In this document: piece by piece, positions 8,594 to 17,416 of the stretch | Layout: each line of letters opens with the position of its first letter | Numbering within the stretch: the first letter of the stretch is position 1 | DNA from: Promethearchaeota archaeon | GTDB taxonomy: Archaea; Asgardarchaeota; Lokiarchaeia; Sigyniarchaeales; SOKP01 | DNA length: 64,000 nucleotides | Reading direction: 5' to 3' | NCBI GenBank assembly: GCA_016839555.1 | Contig: JAEOUA010000011.1 | Location: 96,001-160,000 of the forward strand | Program-made: the position numbers and the translations under genes | The notes under the pieces: model-generated | The model's database searches: none | What the model was told of the DNA's origin: nothing | The model's input: the letters and a program-made list of their open reading frames with translations, nothing else

Positions 8594-9847
8594 ATGGCAA
8601 TAAAAAATAATCCTGAAAATCCATCTGTGAGTGATATGGATCTTACTTGTGATTTATGTAAATCTAAAGAAATTTTAGAGACTAACCAAGGATACGTGTG
8701 CTCAGAATGTGGACTTGTCTTGCAAACTCCTCGAATGCAATACCATAGACCTTTTATGCAAAAAAAAATACAACATGAGGTCTCTAATGGGAGTACTTCT
8801 ATAGGGTATCAAAAAGAACGTCTCAGAGATAAGCATTCTTCTCAATTAAAAAGATTGCAAAAGATTCAACAGACTAAATCGAATGAAGATTATATAAATC
8901 AATTTGCTAGTATAGAGATTTCTCGCTTACTCACAGGTTTATCATTACCTCGCTCTTTTAAAGATCCTATATTTAAAGTATTTAAAGAGATTCGAAAACA
9001 ACTACAAAAAGGAACAAAATATCGAAATCCAGATAAATTACTTCCAACATTAATTTATTTCTATTGTAAGAAAGAGAGTATGGCAATTAATGAACAAAAA
9101 TTATTAGATATTGCAAAAGTGGAAAAAAAAGAGTATAATTATTGCAAATTAAAAATTTCACGTCTTATTCCTGAATATTATGAGCGTGATCGTAAGGACC
9201 TTATCATGAATAAAGTTTTGGGAATCTCGGAGCAATATAATTTAGGGATGGATTTTTATTATGACGCAAAAAAGGTTTTGATAAATTTATGGGAAGGAGT
9301 TAAATGTACTACTGATGATGTAATTGCTGGATTAATATCATCTGTTGCTGTATTATGTAATTATCGTAATAAGATTACTATAAGCTCTATATGTAGTGCA
9401 TTAAACATCCAAATGAGCTCTATTCAGTCTCAAGTAAAACGTAAACTTATCAAGCGATTTAATGTTCCTGGATTTGAGAGTCTCGTAAAATCTGCTGACC
9501 TGGTGAAAACAATCATTTACAAAGTAGGGATACTAAAAAATCAAAAAACCGAGGAGGATATAAAAACTATTAATTCTGACAAAGTTAGCAATAAGAGAGA
9601 AAATGAATCTAAAATTATTGAGGTTAAAGTAAAAGCTTATGCTCAAAATCCTTCAAATCAATCGGGAGAACAATATATTTTTGCCATTAATAATAATAAT
9701 TTAAATCCTCTTTATCTAATGTTAAAAATTAATAAATTTAAAAAAAAAAGAAAGGTTATAAAAAATCGCTCAGAGTTTCAAAAACAGCTTAAATTTCATT
9801 CGATAGTATTTCATTATCCTACAGGACCCCCTGAAATATATTCCTAA
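8594..9847 (+). CDS. tfb: Divergent transcription factor B (TFB/TFIIB) paralog with C-terminal extension
   Basis: Zn ribbon CDLC...VCSECGLV, two cyclin-like repeats, about 120-aa extra tail. Confidence 0.82.
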   Translation: MAIKNNPENPSVSDMDLTCDLCKSKEILETNQGYVCSECGLVLQTPRMQYHRPFMQKKIQHEVSNGSTSIGYQKERLRDKHSSQLKRLQKIQQTKSNEDYINQFASIEISRLLTGLSLPRSFKDPIFKVFKEIRKQLQKGTKYRNPDKLLPTLIYFYCKKESMAINEQKLLDIAKVEKKEYNYCKLKISRLIPEYYERDRKDLIMNKVLGISEQYNLGMDFYYDAKKVLINLWEGVKCTTDDVIAGLISSVAVLCNYRNKITISSICSALNIQMSSIQSQVKRKLIKRFNVPGFESLVKSADLVKTIIYKVGILKNQKTEEDIKTINSDKVSNKRENESKIIEVKVKAYAQNPSNQSGEQYIFAINNNNLNPLYLMLKINKFKKKRKVIKNRSEFQKQLKFHSIVFHYPTGPPEIYS

Positions 9848-9856
9848 TATGATTCA

Positions 9857-9937
9857 AACCAGAATAAGTTTTTATTCTGGTTATTACTTCCACTTTTTTT
9901 AATTTTTTCCTTTTCTTTCTTTTCTTTTTTCTCTTTT
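9857..9937 (+). terminator. Hairpin plus long T-tract terminator
   Basis: AACCAGAATAA-gttt-TTATTCTGGTT (9857-9882) followed by a pyrimidine run. Confidence 0.55.
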
Positions 9938-9947
9938 AACATAACTA

Positions 9948-9962
9948 TTTTTTCTTTAAATA
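9948..9962 (+). promoter_or_regulatory. T-rich-BRE/TATA motif TTTTTTCTTTAAATA
   Basis: 46 nt upstream of ATG 10009. Confidence 0.65.
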
Positions 9963-10008
9963 TTCGGAGAAAATATCCACTTAAATGAAATTTATATTTT
10001 AAATTAAA

Positions 10009-12975
10009 ATGAAGAAAAGTAAATCTCTATCGACGATAAGTTTCATAATTGTTTTATGCATAATGACTGCGATAATTCCATATTTAGTAAGTCCTAACTT
10101 ATCACGAAATCATTTAATTAATACTGATAATGCAACTTTAGATAATATTCAAAATTCAGATGGGATATCCAATCCGGATATTATCGAAACGATGATTAAT
10201 AAATATATCAATGATTATGACTCCAGTGGAATCTTTTCCTCCTATTATGAGCCTTCATTACAAGGTATTTATTTTGTCCTATCGGTATTAAATGCTTCTG
10301 AGAAACTAAATATCATTAATCAAACTGAACTTTCGGAGATTATTATGAGTTATTATGATGAAAATACTGGTATATTTTTAGATGAATACGCCAGAAGATA
10401 TCTGGACACGGATTTTGAATTAAAATACTACCCATTGAGCACATTATTGGAAGTGAATTCCTATGCTATCTTATCATTAGAAATCTTAGGAGAATTAGAC
10501 TTAATAAATTCTCAAGATATGATCGATTTTATTTGGAGCTGTTATGATTCCAGCACAGGAGGTTTTATCGGACAATTGTATGATACTAACCTTCACGAGA
10601 ATTTTAAAACGCCCACCTTAGATAATACCTATTACGCAATCAAAACCTTAGATATCCTCTTAGAGAATTGGCAAGGATACAGCACTCAAAAAACGCAAAT
10701 TATTAATTTCATACAAGATCTACAAGTGATAGATCAAGGCTATGAGCTCTATGGAGGCTTCGAAAATGATATGAATGAGGACTTTTTATCGATTGTGGCG
10801 TATGGTCCCAATATGCTTTCCAGTTATTATGCGGTAAAAGCATTAAAGATATTCGGCGTAGAAAGCTCTATTAATATGGATTTATTTTATCATTTCTTAA
10901 GCAATAGTTATCACCAAAACGGCGATTATTTTGTTTATGACGACTATAATATCTATCTTAATTATTCTATATTTGCTGCTACTGCTATGGGCTTAGATCT
11001 TTCCATACTTATGGGTTATACTGGAATAAATGAAACAGAAACACTCAGATTTTTGCTAAATAATAGAAACGAATTAGGTATTTGGGACTCCACAACATAT
11101 TATGGCTTTTATGAGCTACTTGACACCTTTCAAATTATACGTTCTCTTTTAGAAGCTAATAAAATAAGTGAATTAAGCACTGAGGATAAAAATGAGATTG
11201 TTAATGCCATGGAAATGTTTGAAAGTTATCGGGGCTATAGTTTTACCTCTAAGGAATATATGAAAATAGATCTTATGTATTCCATTATTCACTCATGCGC
11301 TCTATATGATCGTATCTCAGATTTAGAATTACAGGATCTATATCTCTATTTTAAGCAAGCATATTATGATTTACAATCAAATGATTGGAGTGGTTTTTAT
11401 GGTTATACTAATATTGACAAAGAGTATAAGTATTTTCGATTGCTTCCTATAGAATTTTATAATGAAGGCATGCATAATTTTAGTATTTATATGGATTATC
11501 ATAACAATCATAAGTTTACCTATCGAGCCTTAAGTTCCTTGGAAAAACTCTTTAAGTTGGATGATTTTGAAACTATTTTTAATCTCACAGAACTCATAGA
11601 AAGCATTGAAAATTGTCAAATTATGGAAGAGACTTCGGACTATTTTGGAGCATTCATACCTTTTGAATTCTGGAAATCACAACCATTAGCGGACCAAGAG
11701 AAAATGATATTTTTCGAACAAACGTATTTTGCGATAAAGACCTTAGCATATCTTACTGAATACCTAGGAATCGGCAATATTTCAAATACAAATGTTGATT
11801 TAGATGCGGTATATACTTATACTTTGAAAAATATTGAGGAAACTCCGCAAATTCTTTACTATAATCCAGAATGTACTGATAATCCGGAGATTATTCTCAA
11901 AAACACCTATTATCTCATTGATTTATTCAAACTCATGAATGAATACTCTTTACCAGACCAAAAAATTAAAAATCTTGTGCTTCAAACTATTAATTACTCA
12001 AATATCGAAAGCGTTTTTTATAGTTATAAGATAGATGAGTCACTGTCTCTTCAGATCGAGTTTGACTTGGATCAAACGCATAGCTTGATAAAAAGCATTT
12101 TCGATGAGAAGGAGCAAGAATTATATCTCACGCCACAACAAGAAAAGTTAAATTATGAAATTCTCTATTGGCTAAGTTATATGGCAGTAAATGACGAATA
12201 TCGCTGCATTATCGATTATGATACTACTGTGCAATTGAATGGATGCAATTATATCAACGCATCTATTTGTAATATTGTCTTAGAAGGATTAGGTCCTTAT
12301 GCAATCTTAAAATTAGAAAGTGAGCAGTTAGGCACACATACTTTTGATGAAACAGGAGAGGGGAATTACGAATATATTGCAAATGTTCCTTTAGATCCTG
12401 CAAATTATCCCATAGTGTATGCAAATGTGTGCCTTTATGAGGCCTCACAAAGGATAAAAGGATATCCATTTTCCTTTACCACAGAGTATATATTTGATTC
12501 TTTATTTTCGGTCAGCAATTCCACAGATACTAGAGATATAGTGATTCAAGCACATCTTTCTACTGCTACAGGAAATGTTTCGCTTTATAATGGAATTGCA
12601 TACGTGGATATTTATCGCAATGGAGAATTTGTCCAAAAGAAATTTCTCAATATGCAAGATTATGCGGATCATACGGAATTCATCGATACCATAAGTTATA
12701 ACCTCTCGGGAGAATATAGGCTTGAACTTTATGTAAACGATGGGTTAGAAACATCCTACCATCACATTGGAACTTATATCTTTACATATATTGCCTCTTC
12801 TGATTCAGTTTTCTCGGGCTTTCCTTTCCTTCTAGATATGGAATTCAATACTGAGAAAAATAATGTATCATTAAAAGCAAATTCAATGGCATTATTTCCC
12901 CTTTTCATCAGCTTAATTGCCCTCCCTATCGGAATTATCGCATATACTACCTATCGAAAGAAAAAGCGCTCCTAG
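10009..12975 (+). CDS. Large membrane-anchored surface protein with prenyltransferase/squalene-cyclase-like alpha-toroid repeats
   Basis: Signal/TM, repeated GGF...TYYAI..L motifs, beta-rich C-terminal region, C-terminal TM and RKKKRS. Confidence 0.78.
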   Translation: MKKSKSLSTISFIIVLCIMTAIIPYLVSPNLSRNHLINTDNATLDNIQNSDGISNPDIIETMINKYINDYDSSGIFSSYYEPSLQGIYFVLSVLNASEKLNIINQTELSEIIMSYYDENTGIFLDEYARRYLDTDFELKYYPLSTLLEVNSYAILSLEILGELDLINSQDMIDFIWSCYDSSTGGFIGQLYDTNLHENFKTPTLDNTYYAIKTLDILLENWQGYSTQKTQIINFIQDLQVIDQGYELYGGFENDMNEDFLSIVAYGPNMLSSYYAVKALKIFGVESSINMDLFYHFLSNSYHQNGDYFVYDDYNIYLNYSIFAATAMGLDLSILMGYTGINETETLRFLLNNRNELGIWDSTTYYGFYELLDTFQIIRSLLEANKISELSTEDKNEIVNAMEMFESYRGYSFTSKEYMKIDLMYSIIHSCALYDRISDLELQDLYLYFKQAYYDLQSNDWSGFYGYTNIDKEYKYFRLLPIEFYNEGMHNFSIYMDYHNNHKFTYRALSSLEKLFKLDDFETIFNLTELIESIENCQIMEETSDYFGAFIPFEFWKSQPLADQEKMIFFEQTYFAIKTLAYLTEYLGIGNISNTNVDLDAVYTYTLKNIEETPQILYYNPECTDNPEIILKNTYYLIDLFKLMNEYSLPDQKIKNLVLQTINYSNIESVFYSYKIDESLSLQIEFDLDQTHSLIKSIFDEKEQELYLTPQQEKLNYEILYWLSYMAVNDEYRCIIDYDTTVQLNGCNYINASICNIVLEGLGPYAILKLESEQLGTHTFDETGEGNYEYIANVPLDPANYPIVYANVCLYEASQRIKGYPFSFTTEYIFDSLFSVSNSTDTRDIVIQAHLSTATGNVSLYNGIAYVDIYRNGEFVQKKFLNMQDYADHTEFIDTISYNLSGEYRLELYVNDGLETSYHHIGTYIFTYIASSDSVFSGFPFLLDMEFNTEKNNVSLKANSMALFPLFISLIALPIGIIAYTTYRKKKRS

Positions 12976-13004
12976 CTTCTAAGTTTTTTTTTCTTATTTT
13001 TTTA

Positions 13005-13019
13005 TTTTTTCTTTTTATA
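13005..13019 (+). promoter_or_regulatory. T-rich-BRE/TATA-like motif TTTTTTCTTTTTATA
   Basis: 57 nt upstream of ATG 13077; overlaps the upstream terminator T-tract. Confidence 0.35.
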
Positions 13020-13076
13020 TTCTAATTGTTAATTAAATACATAGCATATAAGAATGAAATTAAATGATCATGGTCT

Positions 13077-13697
13077 ATGGAAGTTGCTAACAATAATAAA
13101 AAACAGGCAGTTTTTTCGAAAATAATTGCATTTATCGAGGCATTGAAAGCATTCGAGAATAATTATGATAAGAAGCTTAATATAAACAAATTATTTTCTT
13201 TAATGAGTGTCCCGGTTAATGATCGAAAAGTATATATTGATATTCTTCTGGAATTTCAAGAAATATTTCATAAGATATTAAAAGATTATGAATTAAATAT
13301 TATTGAAAAAGATGGATGCACCTATCTCAAAACAAAAAAAACACATTTTATTAAAAATCGCTTAGAAAATAATATTTCTCATAAAAAGGAAAATTTTACC
13401 GAAAAAATGGAATTATCTAAATCGGATTTAGTATTTTGGAATGATTTCATTTACTCATTTAAAAATGTCCGGAGAGGTAAGGGTTTCGATTTATCTCATA
13501 ATACTTCTGAAATCTGTAAAACTTTAGGGTTTCTGAAGCAAAAATATCCTTGTTTATTCTTTTCAAATGGCAATGGATTAGTATATCCTTCGAAATTTGG
13601 TGTTGAATTAGGTTCGAAAATTAATAGTTATATCAAGGTTAATCACGATTTTAAACAAATATTTTTATATGGCTGCAAAATAAGTATAAAAAAGTAA
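13077..13697 (+). CDS. Hypothetical protein, possibly winged-helix
   Basis: 206-aa ORF; NGNGLVYPSKFG resembles a wHTH wing. Confidence 0.6.
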   Translation: MEVANNNKKQAVFSKIIAFIEALKAFENNYDKKLNINKLFSLMSVPVNDRKVYIDILLEFQEIFHKILKDYELNIIEKDGCTYLKTKKTHFIKNRLENNISHKKENFTEKMELSKSDLVFWNDFIYSFKNVRRGKGFDLSHNTSEICKTLGFLKQKYPCLFFSNGNGLVYPSKFGVELGSKINSYIKVNHDFKQIFLYGCKISIKK

Positions 13698-13799
13698 AAA
13701 ATCTCCTTATTTTAAGTACCTTTCTATTCATTAATAAGATGGCTATTAAAGGACAATCACAATTCCAGCATACTCTGAATAAATTTTAGGAGTTGTATA

Positions 13800-13814
13800 T
13801 TTTTTCTTTTTATA
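13800..13814 (+). promoter_or_regulatory. T-rich-BRE/TATA motif TTTTTTCTTTTTATA(AA)
   Basis: 30 nt upstream of the Hef-like start. Confidence 0.5.
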
Positions 13815-13844
13815 AATTCATACGATATAATAAAGTAAATAAAA

Positions 13845-15941
13845 ATGAGCAATCTAAAAAGTAGGATTAGCGAAAACCAAATTGAGAATATGTTTTTAAA
13901 GACCGAAAATCTGGAATTCCGGCAATATCAATTAGCGATCGCCAATAAATGTGTTTCTAAAAATTCACTAGTGGTCTTACCGACTGGGTTAGGAAAGACT
14001 ATTGTTGCAGTACTAATTGCCGCGAAAACATTAGAGATTTCTCCGCCTAATAGCAAAATAATAGTGATGGCACCTACTAGACCGCTCATTAATCAACATT
14101 ACGACACATTTTTAGACTTTTTGACTGTTCCAGAATCTAAATTTTGTGTTTTAACGGGGAAGAATTCACCTGAAGTTAGACCTACTGAATTTTTAGATCA
14201 TCAGATTTTGTTTTTTACTCCGCAAACCTTACGTAATGATATCGTTTCGAAAAAATATGATTTAAAAAATGTATGTCTAATGATTTTCGATGAAGCACAC
14301 CATGCTTCGGGCGATTATCCTTATAATATATTAGCCGAGCAATATATTGAACAAAATCCAGATGGGACCATTTTAGCCTTAACTGCTTCTCCGGGAGCGA
14401 GTAAAGAAAAAATCACTGAATTATGTAAAGCGCTGTATATCCCTCCCGATAATATTCATATTCGAATAAGAAAGGATTTTGATGTGAAGAATTATATAAA
14501 GGCAATGGATATTTATAAGATCGGTGTAAATTTAACCTCCCTTATGGAAGCCGTGCGAAAAATTTTGTTTACTATTTTGGAAGAATGTTTACAATATCTT
14601 TCACGTTTGGGTTTTATTTCCATCAAATCTCCACAATTACATCAAAAGATTATTCGAAAAGATTTATTAGAACTGAATCGTAAATTAGTCTCGATAATTT
14701 CTGGAGAAGGAGATAAGACGGGAGCATATAAAGGACTTTCTGTGAACGCTCAGGGCCTTATTTTATTTCATATGTTAGAATTAGTAGAGCAACAGGGATT
14801 GGATGTCTTATTAAATTACTTGGAAAAGTTAATGCAAGATGCAAGAAAAAGAAATAGCTCTAAAGCGAACCGTATATTAGCCTCAGACAGTCGGATAAGA
14901 CGAATGCATCTAGAACTATTGAAAAGAAACGACTGCGAGCCGAATATTCTGATTCATCCTAAATTTCTCATTTTAAAAAATATCTTGCTTGATGAATTAA
15001 CGAAGAATCCAGACTCTCGGATCTTAGTGTTTGTCAAATTACGAGCCTCGGTAAAAAATATTGTTAAAAGACTTAAAACTTATGAAAAGATTAGAGCGAT
15101 TCGATTTGTGGGACAAACAACCAAGTCTAAGGATGATAAGGGGCTCACACAAACCAAACAACTCGAGATTCTTAAGAAGTTTAAAAAAGGAGAATATAAC
15201 GTATTAGTGGGTACCAATGTCGCTGAAGAGGGATTGGATATAGCCGAATGCGACTTAGTAATATTTTACGATGTTGTTGCATCAGAGATCCGCTTAATCC
15301 AGCGAAAAGGAAGGACTGCCCGCCATAGAGAAGGGAAAGTGATAATACTGTATTGTCGTAATACCAATGATGAGACATATTTATTGATTGCATTAAATCG
15401 TTTGAAACAAATGCAGAGCAATTTAAAAAAAGCACCAAAAAACTCTATTCCTACTGAAAAGGATATGACGCAATCGCACTTAGGAAAGTATATCAATGAC
15501 AAATCAAAACCACAAATTAAAAAAAAAAAGTCGACTCAAACAAATTTAAATGAATCTAAGATAGCTATAAGTTCAAAATTTCCTATGAAATATGGGCTTC
15601 GAAAAGATCTTTCAAAAGAAAATATTAGTTTTAATATTCAGAAGTCAGATTTTCATCTCATTCTTTTTAATAGAATACTGATTCAGGTCCTTAAACCCAC
15701 AGAATTTTTAGAAGCAAAATTGAAGGGAATAAATTCTAAACTTAAAAATAAATTTGAATTAATTGTATTTATTTTCGACTTCACAGAGTTTCACGAGTCT
15801 TTTACGAATGAGAAGCTTCTATTTAAGCAAAAATTACTGGATTTTGGTAGTAAACAAGATTTTCAAATAATACCTATTGATATACCTGAGGAGCTTTCTT
15901 TCATCGTCAAAAATATTTATCACCATAACAATAATAAGTAA
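13845..15941 (+). CDS. hef: Hef/FANCM/Mph1-type SF2 helicase with degenerate ERCC4-like C-terminal domain
   Basis: FRQYQ, LPTGLGKT, DEAHHA, LTASPG, HPK, RFVGQ, AEEGLDI, IQRKGRTAR. Confidence 0.92.
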   Translation: MSNLKSRISENQIENMFLKTENLEFRQYQLAIANKCVSKNSLVVLPTGLGKTIVAVLIAAKTLEISPPNSKIIVMAPTRPLINQHYDTFLDFLTVPESKFCVLTGKNSPEVRPTEFLDHQILFFTPQTLRNDIVSKKYDLKNVCLMIFDEAHHASGDYPYNILAEQYIEQNPDGTILALTASPGASKEKITELCKALYIPPDNIHIRIRKDFDVKNYIKAMDIYKIGVNLTSLMEAVRKILFTILEECLQYLSRLGFISIKSPQLHQKIIRKDLLELNRKLVSIISGEGDKTGAYKGLSVNAQGLILFHMLELVEQQGLDVLLNYLEKLMQDARKRNSSKANRILASDSRIRRMHLELLKRNDCEPNILIHPKFLILKNILLDELTKNPDSRILVFVKLRASVKNIVKRLKTYEKIRAIRFVGQTTKSKDDKGLTQTKQLEILKKFKKGEYNVLVGTNVAEEGLDIAECDLVIFYDVVASEIRLIQRKGRTARHREGKVIILYCRNTNDETYLLIALNRLKQMQSNLKKAPKNSIPTEKDMTQSHLGKYINDKSKPQIKKKKSTQTNLNESKIAISSKFPMKYGLRKDLSKENISFNIQKSDFHLILFNRILIQVLKPTEFLEAKLKGINSKLKNKFELIVFIFDFTEFHESFTNEKLLFKQKLLDFGSKQDFQIIPIDIPEELSFIVKNIYHHNNNK

Positions 15942-15964
15942 GAAAATTCAGGAGGACATAATCG

Positions 15965-16498
15965 ATGATTGAAGAGCACAACAGCATTAAAAAAGACTCA
16001 AAACCTTATATTATATTTAAATGTTCCAAGTGTAAACAATATATGTATGTAAAGCCTACGCAAAAGACGAAAAAATGCTTAAGATGCGGAAGAACGCATA
16101 CAATTCAAAAGATTAAGAGGTTTAATGAGATTGAAATCGTGGAAGGAATGAGTGCGGCGGTACAACGCGTAAAAGAATTGCAAAACCAATATGCAATAGA
16201 AAAATTACAAGGAGTCCTCAATCTAAAGGGTGAAGATAGTTTTTCTATTGTTGTTCATAAAAAAAAAGTCTATTTAAATGAATTTGAAACAATTTGTATG
16301 AATAAATCTTTGGAAAAAAGATTTATTGACTTATTACAAGATCTCTCAAAAAAATATAGTCAATTTCCGAGATATATGATTGAACTGGTAGCGGAAGAAT
16401 ACAACATTGAAAAAAAAGAAATTGAATTGCTGATTCGTCAGTTTCTCGATCAAAAAAAATTAATTTCGCTCAATAACAATTACTTTACAATCAATTAA
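15965..16498 (+). CDS. DUF1922-like Zn-ribbon protein with C-terminal wHTH
   Basis: YIIFKCSKC...KKCLRCG; helical C-terminal domain. Confidence 0.7.
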   Translation: MIEEHNSIKKDSKPYIIFKCSKCKQYMYVKPTQKTKKCLRCGRTHTIQKIKRFNEIEIVEGMSAAVQRVKELQNQYAIEKLQGVLNLKGEDSFSIVVHKKKVYLNEFETICMNKSLEKRFIDLLQDLSKKYSQFPRYMIELVAEEYNIEKKEIELLIRQFLDQKKLISLNNNYFTIN

Positions 16499-16532
16499 TA
16501 AAAATTAAAAATTAATAAAAAAATATAGTAAT

Positions 16533-16706
16533 TTAAAAAATGGATCGAGCTTTTTTCTTTAGTTCTCTAAGCCTCTGCTTATATTCTGGACATTCTTTAT
16601 AGTTTGGAAACTTGCAAATTGTTTCGGACTGCGGCATGATACAACTCTGATCAAAGGGGCAATAGAGAATATGCGCCTTAAAGCCTGCCTTCCCGTGCGA
16701 ACTCAT
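16533..16706 (-). CDS. 57-aa four-Cys microprotein (not in the ORF track)
   Basis: MSSHGKAGFKAHILYCPFDQSCIMPQSETICKFPNYKECPEYKQRLRELKKKARSIF; promoter motif 22 nt upstream. Confidence 0.65.
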   Translation of the reverse strand: MSSHGKAGFKAHILYCPFDQSCIMPQSETICKFPNYKECPEYKQRLRELKKKARSIF

Positions 16707-16728
16707 AATGTTTATAATTTTATATATA

Positions 16729-16743
16729 TATTTAAATGAAAAC
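16729..16743 (-). promoter_or_regulatory. T-rich-BRE/TATA motif GTTTTCATTTAAATA
   Basis: 22 nt upstream of ATG 16706. Confidence 0.6.
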
Positions 16744-16813
16744 TAGATCCCATACTTTTAAATCTGAATGAGCCATATGAAAAAGTGATTTATTTAAAAT
16801 TATACAAGAGTTA

Positions 16814-17011
16814 TTATTCCAATTCTTTTTTAAGCTGATTTATATGTTCTTCGGTTAATGTTTGCAAGTTGGTTGAATCATTGCTTTCCTTAAAAATTGA
16901 GAAAGAAATAAAGATTTTTCTTCTTAAATAATTCAGAATTGAACTGAAATCCTTATCATGAATTTCCCTTTTTCTTTGAAATCCATTCTTTTCTTTAAGT
17001 TTACTGCTCAT
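16814..17011 (-). CDS. Small hypothetical protein
   Basis: 65-aa ORF with promoter motif 21 nt upstream. Confidence 0.5.
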   Translation of the reverse strand: MSSKLKEKNGFQRKREIHDKDFSSILNYLRRKIFISFSIFKESNDSTNLQTLTEEHINQLKKELE

Positions 17012-17032
17012 ATATCCAATATCAATCCAATG

Positions 17033-17047
17033 TATTTAAAAGAAAAA
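17033..17047 (-). promoter_or_regulatory. T-rich-BRE/TATA motif TTTTTCTTTTAAATA
   Basis: 21 nt upstream of ATG 17011. Confidence 0.55.
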
Positions 17048-17054
17048 ATAATTT

Positions 17055-17342
17055 TTATCCCGTTTCTTGCATTTTTTTGAGATATAATTTCATAAAATAG
17101 CGCTGGCTCTTGCAGTAGTCCCGTCTTTGAGCATCCGTAATACTTTTACTATTTAAGAGGATATTAAGTTGCTTAAGGATTGTAAGATATTCTTGAGTGG
17201 TTCTCTTAGGCTCTCGTTTTATTTTAATATCAATTTTTCCTTTTAAAAAAGTTTGCGATGATGAAGTTTGAGGAATGGTAAATGAGAATTTTTCTTTCTT
17301 TTTTTCATCTTTTTCAACCCCAAAGTCGGAATCTAATGACAT
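17055..17342 (-). CDS. Small basic hypothetical protein
   Basis: 95-aa ORF downstream of the Hel308-like gene. Confidence 0.55.
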   Translation of the reverse strand: MSLDSDFGVEKDEKKKEKFSFTIPQTSSSQTFLKGKIDIKIKREPKRTTQEYLTILKQLNILLNSKSITDAQRRDYCKSQRYFMKLYLKKMQETG

Positions 17343-17416
17343 TATAAAATATAAAAATTTGATAATTATATTGACTCTATTCTATATACACCAGCAACAA
17401 ATAAAAAGAAAAAATT

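Noticed and set aside
9814-9847. C-terminal TGPP of the TFB paralog as a RAPP/RGPP-like ribosome arrest motif
   Set aside because: It lacks the Arg, and a terminator follows, so there is no support from this sequence alone.
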